From a virus (taxonomy: Duplodnaviria > Caudoviricetes), in IMG/VR virus record IMGVR_UViG_3300011339_000216, positions 1 to 41,659 of that record: DNA of 41,659 nt; one strand, written 5' to 3'. Shown here piece after piece: positions 26,640 through 35,723 of the stretch. The notes beneath the pieces are model-generated. The model worked only from the letters and a program-made list of their open reading frames with translations, was not told the origin of the DNA and searched no databases. The position numbers were made by a program, and so were the translations under genes. The first letter of the stretch is position 1, and the number at the start of each line of letters is the position of its first letter.

Positions 26640-29600
26640 ATGGGCGGCGGCAAAGGCGGGACATCCACAAGTACAGTGACCATCCCACCAGAAGTTCTGG
26701 CGCGGTATAATGCTGTTAATGCAAGAGCAGAAAAAGCCGCAAGTGGTTCGTTCCAGCCATATACAGGTCAATTCGTTGCTGGCATGACGCCAACGCAACA
26801 AGCTGGGGTTGCTGGCACAAATGCTGCCGCTGGTTTGGCACAACCTTTCTACCAGTATGGCGCAAATCTTACTGCACAAGGCTCACAGTCTGTTGGCCCT
26901 TTGACACAAGGCCAGATTGGCTACTATCAAGACCCCTATGTCCAGTCCGTAGTTGATCCAACCCGTCAGGCTTTGCAGCAGGATCAGGGACAACAAAGGG
27001 CTGCCCAGCAGGCACAGCAGATTAAATCTGGCGCATTTGGCGGCGACCGCTCTGGTTTGGAACGTGCAAACTTGGCGCGTCAGCAAACCCTTGGCATGTC
27101 GCAAGCTATTAACCCGCTTTATTCTCAGGCTTACCAGACTGGTGTCCAAACGGCAGTGGGCCAGCAGGGTGTCATATCGTCCGATTTGCAACGCAAGTTG
27201 GCGGCTGGTCAGCAGATGGCTGGTCTCGGCACTGGCGCACAGGGCGCAGCATTGCAGGGAGCGCAGCAGCAGTTGGCGGCTGGCACGGCAGAGCAGCAGA
27301 CGCAGCAAGCTGATCTTACGGCGCGTTATCAGCAGTTCTTGCAGCAGCAGGGCTTCCCATACCAGCAGGCTCAGTTCTTGGCGAACATTGCTATGGGTAC
27401 TGGCGCGTTGTCTGGTTCGACCACAACAAACCAACAGCCAACAGGGTTCTTCTCTGATCGCCGCTTGAAACATGACGTTAAAGAGATTGGTGAGACCCAT
27501 GATGGTCAGCCAATCTATTCGTTTAAATACAAAGGTGATAACAAGACCCAGATCGGTCTGATGGCACAGGACGTTGAAAAGCATCATCCTGAAGCTGTCG
27601 GCGTTATGGGTGGATATAAGACGGTTGATTATGACAAGGCTACTGAAGATTCTGAGCGTCCCGAACGTGCCGCCGGAGGTGTCATTCCTAATTCAATGGG
27701 TGGCGGTGTTTGGCATCCTGATGCTTATGCTGGAGGCGGTCTCGTTGATGGCGATGATATGAAAGCCATCCTACAGGCCCAGCAAGCTGGGTTTGGTCCT
27801 TTTGGTGGTCAAGGCAGCGGCGTCTACGGCGGTTCAGGCGTTGGAACTCCGGGCGGTAAAATGCAGGGCGTTGTGCCACAGGCGTCCTTGCCCGTGCCAA
27901 AACTTGTTACCGCTGGCTCTCCTCCTGCCCGTCAGGCTAGCGGCTTGTCACAGGCTGCGTCTGTTGGCTCCAACATTGCCAGCACTGGTAAAGCTGCTGT
28001 TGACTTTAAGAACTGGGTTTCTGGTCTTGGCAAGGATAAGCCCGGCACAGCCCCTGCGGCTGCCGGAAAAGATGTCAATCCTGCTGATACGGGCAAAGCT
28101 ACTCCTGTTGCGAATGCAAAGCCTGACCCAACTGCCTTTAAAGGCCCAACACGCGTTAGTGACGCTGGTGATCTTGGCAGCGGAACGCAGCTTGCTTCCG
28201 CTGATATTCCATCTTTTGGTGCTGATGACTTTTCTTTTGCAGCAGCAAGAGGCGGCGTAATTCCATTCCGGCATCACCGCGCTGGTGGAGGCGTTAATCC
28301 GTATGAATTGTCGGGCGATATGTCATATATCCCCAGCAGCGTTCTTAAAGAAGGTGAAGAAGAAGCAGATCAGGCTGCGGGGCAGTTTAAAAAGAGCACC
28401 GGACAGGGCGGCGGCGGTGGCGGCGGCGGGTCAAGCACACTTGGGGACATTGCCAAAGTAGCTGGAACGGCCAAAACCTTATTTGATTTAGGCACAGCAG
28501 CGGCTTCCATTTTTTCTATGTCTGACGCGCGTTTAAAAGACAACATCCGCTCTGTAGGCAAAACTTTTGACGGCCAGAACATCTATTCATATGACATGGG
28601 TGATGGGCGGACACAGATGGGCCTATTGGCTCAGGAAGTTCTTCACCACAAGCCGGAGGCTGTTGGCAAGGACCATGGGTATCTGACTGTAGATTACAGC
28701 AAAGCAACTGAAGATTCCGCGCCACATAAGGCGATGGGCGGCGTTGTGCCACGGCACGGCTATCAGACGGATGGCACGGTTGTTGATCCTACCAGTGACC
28801 AGCCAGAGTATGATCCACGCGCTGATATGCCATCTGAAAATGCAGTTGAAGCAGCGTATAAGCCAGATGAGTCTATTGTAACTCCTGTCAGCGAAAGACC
28901 ACGCGCCACTGATGATGCCATCCGTATACTTATGGGCAAGGTGGAAAAAGGCGAAAGCGGCGGCGTACCTGATGCTTCTTTAAAAGGGGCCAACGCCATC
29001 AACAGCACTGCCAGCGGTTTGCATGGGATGTTGGACTCTACATGGCAAACTAATGCGGACAAAGCTGGTATTGATTGGCGCGGCAAAGGTTGGACACGGG
29101 CTGCCGATGCCCCTGCGACAGTTCAACGGGATGTTGCAATGCAATATGCTGTGCCAAACGCTCGTCGGTTGGAAGCGGAGGGTTTACCTGTAAATCACCA
29201 AACTATGCGGGCAATGAACTTCATTCCCGCAGCAGCTCCAAATATCCTAAAGCTGCCTGATGACACGGTTCTGTCGCCGGACGTTTTGATCCAGTCCGGC
29301 TGGCCCGAGAAAAACCTTGCTGCCGCTTTGGCTAACCCCATCAACCGTTCTCTTTTGCAAAACAAGGACGGTAGCCCAATTACCGTTGCTCAGTTTAAAG
29401 CTAAAATGGGCGGAGAAGGTGGCGGCGGTGGTGAGCGCAAGCCCGGTGTTGTTTCTGACGAGGCTCCTATCGGTCGGGCATCTACGCTTGGTGACGTATT
29501 CAGGGCTGGAACACCAGACTTTATCCCATCCTCTGAAAACTTTTGGATTCCTGCCTTGGCTGGCCTTGGTAGCATGTTGGCATCAAGTCGCCCGACACTT

Positions 29601-31052
29601 CTTGGCGCGGTTGGTGAAGGTCTTGTTGGTGGCGTGTCTGGCTATCAGGCGCAGCAGAAACAAGAAATGGAACGCGCCAAGCAATTCATTGACTTTGCTA
29701 AAGAGAACTTTGTGCAGACTGTTGACCCCAACAACCCTAAGCAGACTGTTCAACTGAATAAAATGACTGGCCAAATGTATTTTGGCGGCGATTTCCAGAG
29801 GTATATGTATGACAGCATGAAAAAGGCGGGGATTACCAAGCCTGAAGTTTACGGGGTTATGCCGCCATCCGGTCCTTCGGCTCCGGGTGAAAAACAATCT
29901 GTGACACAGAATGTACCTAGCAAGGCTCAGGAGGCTGCTGAAAAAACTGCGCCCGCAACGGTTACAAGCCCTAACAATACACCAGCCCCTAACGCGGGCA
30001 ATCCAGCAGAGAATATTTACACGGCTAACCCGGGCCAACTGCGTGAAATGGTCATCAGTGGCAAGATTCCCGGTGGCCCTGCCGATGCTGCTGAAACTCA
30101 GAGTCAGATTAAAAAGATTATGGAAACTGCCAATGCAATGGCGGATAACCCAAATCCTGACATCAAGGCTAAGGGCATTCAGTTGCGCCAGCTTGCTTCT
30201 GCTGAGCAGAAAATGCTTGATGACAAAATCAACAAGACCTTGGAATTGCAGTTTGAACAGAATAAAGACCTTGCCAAAGGGCGTTCCACGCGGATTGATG
30301 AGTATCACAAAGATTTGCAGACGCGTTCTGCAACTTATGCCACGGCTGTCCCTAATTTGAAGCGTATGGCTGAAATTGCCACTGTGCAGCCGACCGGGCG
30401 TGGAGCAGAGGCCGCTGCTGACGCTGTTAGTGTATTGAAGCGGTTTGGTATGGAAAAATACATTCCGGGGGATTGGGAAAAGTATCTTGGAAATCCGGGT
30501 GCTTACGATGAAATTATGAAGATTTCAACAGCTCAAATGCTGAACCAGTTGCTTGCTGATAAAATCATCCGCGCCCCCGCCTCCGGTGCTAAGTATGAAG
30601 CTGCTACAGTTCCTTCTCCAACGACTGATGCGGACGGTTTCTACGCTCTTATCGGCACTAAAATGGGTGAAATTAAACATAGCCAAGCTAAAGACAAAGC
30701 ATGGCTTGAAACCCCATTTGGATCAACGGAACCAGCTTTGCATGAGCATAAATGGTCATCTGAAAAATTATTGAACCAGCATAAGCGGGAAGCATTTAGC
30801 AGCATCCCTGCAAGTCCAAATGTCCGTCCAGATCAAATTCGCAGCTTGCAAAAAACTACGGCTGATCCAGAGACGGGGGAAGTGTTTACAGCCAAACTTC
30901 ACGCAGCAGGGACTCAAGCACCTACTGCTGCACCAACTGCCGCACCTTCCACTCCTGCTACTCCTCCGGGGACATTTATTGGTGAGGAACGTCAATTCAA
31001 ACAGGGGTTTGGCGTTTGGAATGGCACAACTTGGGTTCCTAAAGGGAGATAA
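26640..31052 (+). CDS. 1470-aa putative ejection (internal virion) protein with two Peptidase_S74 domains and a lysozyme-like domain
   Basis: ATG 26640 (MGGGKGG); Gln-rich N-region with GAFGGDR; SDRRLK at 27453 and SDARLK at 28521, each followed by GLxAQxV...PEAV...TVDY; ESGG...ASGLHGMLDSTW near 28950-29045. Confidence 0.85.
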   Translation: MGGGKGGTSTSTVTIPPEVLARYNAVNARAEKAASGSFQPYTGQFVAGMTPTQQAGVAGTNAAAGLAQPFYQYGANLTAQGSQSVGPLTQGQIGYYQDPYVQSVVDPTRQALQQDQGQQRAAQQAQQIKSGAFGGDRSGLERANLARQQTLGMSQAINPLYSQAYQTGVQTAVGQQGVISSDLQRKLAAGQQMAGLGTGAQGAALQGAQQQLAAGTAEQQTQQADLTARYQQFLQQQGFPYQQAQFLANIAMGTGALSGSTTTNQQPTGFFSDRRLKHDVKEIGETHDGQPIYSFKYKGDNKTQIGLMAQDVEKHHPEAVGVMGGYKTVDYDKATEDSERPERAAGGVIPNSMGGGVWHPDAYAGGGLVDGDDMKAILQAQQAGFGPFGGQGSGVYGGSGVGTPGGKMQGVVPQASLPVPKLVTAGSPPARQASGLSQAASVGSNIASTGKAAVDFKNWVSGLGKDKPGTAPAAAGKDVNPADTGKATPVANAKPDPTAFKGPTRVSDAGDLGSGTQLASADIPSFGADDFSFAAARGGVIPFRHHRAGGGVNPYELSGDMSYIPSSVLKEGEEEADQAAGQFKKSTGQGGGGGGGGSSTLGDIAKVAGTAKTLFDLGTAAASIFSMSDARLKDNIRSVGKTFDGQNIYSYDMGDGRTQMGLLAQEVLHHKPEAVGKDHGYLTVDYSKATEDSAPHKAMGGVVPRHGYQTDGTVVDPTSDQPEYDPRADMPSENAVEAAYKPDESIVTPVSERPRATDDAIRILMGKVEKGESGGVPDASLKGANAINSTASGLHGMLDSTWQTNADKAGIDWRGKGWTRAADAPATVQRDVAMQYAVPNARRLEAEGLPVNHQTMRAMNFIPAAAPNILKLPDDTVLSPDVLIQSGWPEKNLAAALANPINRSLLQNKDGSPITVAQFKAKMGGEGGGGGERKPGVVSDEAPIGRASTLGDVFRAGTPDFIPSSENFWIPALAGLGSMLASSRPTLLGAVGEGLVGGVSGYQAQQKQEMERAKQFIDFAKENFVQTVDPNNPKQTVQLNKMTGQMYFGGDFQRYMYDSMKKAGITKPEVYGVMPPSGPSAPGEKQSVTQNVPSKAQEAAEKTAPATVTSPNNTPAPNAGNPAENIYTANPGQLREMVISGKIPGGPADAAETQSQIKKIMETANAMADNPNPDIKAKGIQLRQLASAEQKMLDDKINKTLELQFEQNKDLAKGRSTRIDEYHKDLQTRSATYATAVPNLKRMAEIATVQPTGRGAEAAADAVSVLKRFGMEKYIPGDWEKYLGNPGAYDEIMKISTAQMLNQLLADKIIRAPASGAKYEAATVPSPTTDADGFYALIGTKMGEIKHSQAKDKAWLETPFGSTEPALHEHKWSSEKLLNQHKREAFSSIPASPNVRPDQIRSLQKTTADPETGEVFTAKLHAAGTQAPTAAPTAAPSTPATPPGTFIGEERQFKQGFGVWNGTTWVPKGR

Positions 31053-33283
31053 TGATGGCCGAAAACCTTCCAGACGCTCCGTGGGCTTCCAAATCAGATA
31101 GTCTTCCTGATGCTCCTTGGGCGACCCAAGAGTTTCGGCAGCCCGGTGAAGCGCAGGCTTTAACTGATGAAGCCCGTGTTGCTAAAGAGCGCGGGGCCAT
31201 TCCTGATGAGCTCAAAACGGCGTTGTACAGTGCTGGCGAGATGGGGGCATTTAGCCTCCCAACATGGGCATCTGCTAAAATTAGCCAGAAGAAGGGCCAA
31301 TCATGGGAAGATGCGTTGAACGAACAACGCGCTTACGTTGAAGCCCTTCAGCGTCAAAATCCTAAATCGTCTTTGGCTGGGTCTACGGCTGGGCTTGTCG
31401 GCGGCATGTTTGTGCCATTAGGCCCGGTTGGAGCGGCTGGAAGGCTTGCTGCCCGTGGGGCTGAGGCTATTGGGGCTGGTGCAACTGGTAAGGCTATTGC
31501 AAGTGGATCAACTATTGGAGCTGGGCTTGCTGCTGGTTCCAGCTTGGGCGAAAAGGCATGGTCGGATAAACTTACACCGGGAGAGTTTGCAAAGGATGTT
31601 GGCATTGGTGCTGTAGGAGGTGGTATTCTTGCGCCTATCGCCGAACGCATCATTGGTCGGGCTGTGTCACCAGCAGATGCGGCAAAAACAGAAGTCTTGA
31701 CATCTCAAGGTGTCACGCCATCTAAGGAAATGATTACCGGCGTTCGGGCTGAAAAAGGTGCGCCACGGGAAACTGCTGACGTAATGGCAGAAGAAGCCCG
31801 TAATATTTTGTCCCAGAAGGTTGAAGGGATGAAAACCCCCGATGTCAGTGACTTTGCTGGCGCGGAAGCTCTTCAGTCAGCAACCCGCAAGGCTTTTGAG
31901 AAGGCTCAAGAACCATACGAAGCCTTTAAGAATATTCCGGGAGTTATTGATTTTGGCGGGCAGGCTCCTCATGAGTATGTCTTTCCGATTGTTCAGAAAA
32001 GCCTGATTGACGCAAAGGTTAACCCAAACTTTCAGTCCTTGCCTCAAAACTATCCGAAGGCCAACGAAGCCATTAAAATGCTTGGCGTTCAATTAGAATT
32101 GGCAGGGGACAAGGCTGTTGGCCAAACTCTTGAAGAAGCCATGCAAATTAAGCGTGAGCTTGGTATTCTTTATGAAGGGGCAAAGGGTCAGGACCGAAAA
32201 GCCCTTCAAGCCGTAATTGATGGTTACAAAAACTCTGTCAACCAAGCCGTTATTGATGGCTTGTTTACTGGAGATAAATTGCCTGCGGCTGTCGAACTGT
32301 TTCGCTCAGATTCTGGGTGGTCAAAGTATGCCAAAGACTTTGGACCCGGAAAAGGTGCGGAGTCTTCACTTTGGAACCGCATAAAAAAATCCATGTCAGA
32401 CGACAGAGGTTTTGTTACCACTGATCTGACACCAGAAAAGGCTCAGGCAGCGCAAGCACTTATCAACGCCAACATTATCAACCCACGGTTGGGTCCTGCG
32501 TTGTATGCTAAATTGGAGCGCACCATCGGGTCTGGGACCCCGGAAATGGAAGGGTTCAATGCTCTGATTATCAATAACATGATGACAGCTAAGAATAATG
32601 AGATTGCAAACCTTCCAGCGCAAATTCAAAAGTATACCGCGCCAACAGCGTTGCCTGTCACCCTAAAGGCTTTCGGGGCCAGCGAGGGTAAATTAAATAC
32701 GCTTGTTGCTCATGCCGACGATAGTGCCAAAACCGCCGCTGCAAAGCAGAAGGTTTTGGATACCCAGAAGCTGGGCCAAGCGATTGATATTATTAGCAAG
32801 CGTCCGATTGCTGACGACCAAAAACAATCCTTAATTGCCGAAGCCGTTAAAAAGTATGCCTTGCCACTTGCTGGCGCGGCTTTTGGTCTCCCTCATGGGA
32901 CCGAGGCTGTTCTGTATGGTCTGGCTGGTAAGGGTATAGGTGAAGTAGGTTCTGGGGTTGGTTCAGTATTAGGTAGCCGAGCGCAACGTGCGGGCGCACC
33001 ACGGGGCGTTCAGCCTGAAACTGCTGGGTCTCCAATTCCAGTTGGACGTGGAGAAATGACACCAGTTATTCAAAACATCCCCGGAATTTTGCCGCCCGAC
33101 CGAGAGCCAAACTACGGCCTTCCACAAGCCCGCGCCACAGGTGGGCGTGTCACAACATCTGGTCAGCTAATGGCAGCAATGGAACGCGCTGGAAAGAAAG
33201 ATGTCCAGAACACCAAGCCTCTGTTACAATCCACTGATACGGCTGTTGCCAAAGCCCTTGAAATTGCCAACCAACACATCTGA
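31052..33283 (+). CDS. Putative ejection/internal virion protein
   Basis: 2x LPDAPWA at N-terminus; Gly/Ala-rich hydrophobic segments; RATGGRV near C-terminus. Confidence 0.7.
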   Translation: MMAENLPDAPWASKSDSLPDAPWATQEFRQPGEAQALTDEARVAKERGAIPDELKTALYSAGEMGAFSLPTWASAKISQKKGQSWEDALNEQRAYVEALQRQNPKSSLAGSTAGLVGGMFVPLGPVGAAGRLAARGAEAIGAGATGKAIASGSTIGAGLAAGSSLGEKAWSDKLTPGEFAKDVGIGAVGGGILAPIAERIIGRAVSPADAAKTEVLTSQGVTPSKEMITGVRAEKGAPRETADVMAEEARNILSQKVEGMKTPDVSDFAGAEALQSATRKAFEKAQEPYEAFKNIPGVIDFGGQAPHEYVFPIVQKSLIDAKVNPNFQSLPQNYPKANEAIKMLGVQLELAGDKAVGQTLEEAMQIKRELGILYEGAKGQDRKALQAVIDGYKNSVNQAVIDGLFTGDKLPAAVELFRSDSGWSKYAKDFGPGKGAESSLWNRIKKSMSDDRGFVTTDLTPEKAQAAQALINANIINPRLGPALYAKLERTIGSGTPEMEGFNALIINNMMTAKNNEIANLPAQIQKYTAPTALPVTLKAFGASEGKLNTLVAHADDSAKTAAAKQKVLDTQKLGQAIDIISKRPIADDQKQSLIAEAVKKYALPLAGAAFGLPHGTEAVLYGLAGKGIGEVGSGVGSVLGSRAQRAGAPRGVQPETAGSPIPVGRGEMTPVIQNIPGILPPDREPNYGLPQARATGGRVTTSGQLMAAMERAGKKDVQNTKPLLQSTDTAVAKALEIANQHI

Positions 33284-33291
33284 GGTTTGTC

Positions 33292-33891
33292 ATGGTTTCC
33301 ACGTTTACCACCAACAAAAACATAGAAAAACCGGGCAATGGCGATTACGTTGACTATTGGAACGTGCCAGTAAACTCTGACTTCAATTACATTGACGCAG
33401 CGTTTGGTGCGAACATAAGTTTCAACGCCACAGCAGGGTCTCAGACCCTGACTTCCGGTGTTTCTGATACTTACAGTTACATCCCCTTATTCATTAAGAT
33501 AACGGGGGCAATTTCTGCTGGTGTGACATACACCATTCCATCAGGGATTGGTGGGCAGTGGGTTATTTTAAATACAACCTCAGACAACACGGGTGGCCCT
33601 TGGGATGTCACGTTTGCTTCTGGCGGCGGCGGAATATCAGTTATTATCCCAAGGTATTCTGTTGTCAGCATTACATCAGATGGGACAAACATTTATTTTG
33701 TGTCATCTGGTGGTGGCAATGTTCCTACTGGCGGCAATAGCAACAACAAAGTGTTCTACCCCAACGACCAGTCGGTTACAGCTAACTACACCATGACCGC
33801 CACACAGAATTATGGCACGTTCGGCCCTGTGACAATTAATACGGGCGTGGTAGTCACGGTCCCCGCTGGAACAACTTGGTCGATTGTATAG
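33292..33891 (+). CDS. Short tail-fibre-like protein
   Basis: MVSTFTTNKNIEKP...W...NSDFNYID fibre-type N-terminus; C-terminus similar to that of 14385-16694. Confidence 0.7.
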   Translation: MVSTFTTNKNIEKPGNGDYVDYWNVPVNSDFNYIDAAFGANISFNATAGSQTLTSGVSDTYSYIPLFIKITGAISAGVTYTIPSGIGGQWVILNTTSDNTGGPWDVTFASGGGGISVIIPRYSVVSITSDGTNIYFVSSGGGNVPTGGNSNNKVFYPNDQSVTANYTMTATQNYGTFGPVTINTGVVVTVPAGTTWSIV

Positions 33892-34381
33892 TTTTAAGGT
33901 CTCTCTTATGCGGCGTATAGCAAAGGCCGTAATGCTCTTTGCAGAACGACCGTTTATGCACAGGACCCCCGCAGAACAAAAAGTCCTTTGGGTAAACCCC
34001 GCTGACTGAATATTTGCATGTGTTCAAGGTTAACTCCATTACCGATATGGGTTTGCCCGTGTATTTTGGCACAGGTTCTTCTATAACCACAACGGGCTTG
34101 GGCGGCGGCTCGGGTTTAACCATCTTCAGCACCTGATTGTTGACTTTAATCGGAGGCAGTTTAGTTGATGGTAACGTGTTAGTGTTTTTCTTGGCCCTTG
34201 TGGGGTCGTATGCACGTTTGAAGGTAATGCCTCTGCGGCGCATACGGGAGATTTTCCCCAATATGGCACTGCGGGTTGTTTTTAATGCAACTGCAATCTG
34301 ATAGCCACTGTAATTTTTATCCCAGAGGTCAATGATTAGCTGTTCAGCTTCACTGGCCCAAAGCTCCGTTATTTTTGGCAT
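33854..34381 (-). CDS. gcrA: GcrA-like cell-cycle regulator
   Basis: N-terminal W...LWDKNYSGYQIAVALKTTRSAILGKISR; C-terminal MELTLNTCKY...FLFCG...SFCKEHYGLCY. Confidence 0.85.
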   Translation of the reverse strand: MPKITELWASEAEQLIIDLWDKNYSGYQIAVALKTTRSAILGKISRMRRRGITFKRAYDPTRAKKNTNTLPSTKLPPIKVNNQVLKMVKPEPPPKPVVVIEEPVPKYTGKPISVMELTLNTCKYSVSGVYPKDFLFCGGPVHKRSFCKEHYGLCYTPHKRDLKTIQSTKLFQRGP

Positions 34382-34631
34382 CTTTGATATTCTCCTGTAG
34401 CAATTCTTCTATTGTTTCAAGCACTTGCTCATGCTGTTGCTGTTCAGCCATTCTTTCAGCCACATATATTGTTAGGCTTTCCTTGGTGACTTCCCGCGCT
34501 AATTGTAACGCGCCAGACAGAATGTCCGTGCTTTCCTGATCCAGTTCTATCCCCATATCAGCGATGCTCAGACTGTCTTTCATCAGTTGCATCCACTTTA
34601 CGGCATTATCAATGACAATATCCCGCGTCAT
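34350..34631 (-). CDS. Hypothetical protein
   Basis: ORF overlapping its neighbours in the leftward operon. Confidence 0.6.
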   Translation of the reverse strand: MTRDIVIDNAVKWMQLMKDSLSIADMGIELDQESTDILSGALQLAREVTKESLTIYVAERMAEQQQHEQVLETIEELLQENIKDAKNNGALGQ

Positions 34632-35029
34632 TTGTTTTCCTCATCTACCGCCTTGTCCAAGTCGTCGGCAAGTTTGCGCAACCTTGCGGCAAGTGCTTTT
34701 GCGTGTTTAATTTCAGTATCATCAGTTCCAGAGCGGAAATAATTGTTTTCTATGAAGTCTTGGACAACTTCTTCATAAGTGAAGTGATAATCTAAACCAT
34801 CCATTTGATACTCACCCAAGGGGAGTGATACATATATTTTGGTTATGTCTTTTGGTTTTGTTTTTTTATCATAGTCAAAACTTACTGACGCATAGATTGG
34901 TTCTTTGCTGGCAATTTTGCAGGCTTGGACAAAGAATTTTTTAAGAACTTTTTCCATGTCTATCATTGCATCAAGGTTCCACTCATGAAACCCAATACTT
35001 CCGCCGTCTGAATGTTTTTTAATAGCCAT
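34628..35029 (-). CDS. Hypothetical protein (AT-rich)
   Basis: SD aggtg; 133-aa ORF. Confidence 0.65.
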   Translation of the reverse strand: MAIKKHSDGGSIGFHEWNLDAMIDMEKVLKKFFVQACKIASKEPIYASVSFDYDKKTKPKDITKIYVSLPLGEYQMDGLDYHFTYEEVVQDFIENNYFRSGTDDTEIKHAKALAARLRKLADDLDKAVDEENK

Positions 35030-35051
35030 GTTTCACCTATTCGGTTGGGAT

Positions 35052-35080
35052 GCCCGTGCCTAGACCATCCAGACACGGGC
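35052..35080 (-). other. Intergenic RNA hairpin
   Basis: Minus strand gcccgtgtctgga-tgg-tctaggcacgggc, 13 bp including two G-U pairs; no U tract on this strand. Confidence 0.55.
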
Positions 35081-35086
35081 TGTTTG

Positions 35087-35461
35087 TTATTTATTCTCTG
35101 TCAGATTGACAGGGGTGGCTGGTGGCATTGGCGGGTTAGACGGGGCTAGATTACGCGCCATGGCCCGAATGTCATCTTCCATAGCAACATCAACGCTGTC
35201 ACGCCGTCCGGCAAATTGGCCAGCAAAAGCAAGATAGTTAATGCCGTCAATGTAATTGTCGCTCTTGGTCCGCTCAGTCTGCATCCGTGCCAATTTGACC
35301 GCATGTAGCATAATGGCACAGTCGTAGGTGGAGATATGCTTACCTAAGATTGTTGATGTGATGATGCTGATTCGTTCAAAGCAATCATCTACCGGACCGT
35401 ATGACTGGCCCTTTTCTTTCAACATACCCACGGCGTTGTTCAACAGTTCTATATGATTCAT
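35087..35461 (-). CDS. DUF6378-like protein
   Basis: KGQSYG...FERI...VKLAR...DNYIDGINYLAF; start 35461 or 35470. Confidence 0.7.
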   Translation of the reverse strand: MNHIELLNNAVGMLKEKGQSYGPVDDCFERISIITSTILGKHISTYDCAIMLHAVKLARMQTERTKSDNYIDGINYLAFAGQFAGRRDSVDVAMEDDIRAMARNLAPSNPPMPPATPVNLTENK

Positions 35462-35720
35462 CGTAGTCATCCTTTTCTATATCCAAAAATTCTTGGGCTT
35501 TGCCAATATGGCTCGTATTCAGTATTACATCACCTCTGTCGCTCCAGAGGGTCTCTCCAGTCATTCCCTTCTGCCTGTATAGCAGACGACCCATTATAAA
35601 CTCATTGCCTTGCAGTTCATCACAAAACTCCTCACATGAATTAGAATGATGTTCTATGGTTAATTGATGGACCAAGAACCCTTGTGCGCTTGGCATGTTC
35701 ATCGTCAGCAGAAAGCGCAT
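35385..35720 (-). CDS. Hypothetical protein
   Basis: SD ggag; MRFLLTMNMPS...ILNTSHIGK. Confidence 0.65.
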   Translation of the reverse strand: MRFLLTMNMPSAQGFLVHQLTIEHHSNSCEEFCDELQGNEFIMGRLLYRQKGMTGETLWSDRGDVILNTSHIGKAQEFLDIEKDDYDESYRTVEQRRGYVERKGPVIRSGR

Positions 35721-35723
35721 GTT

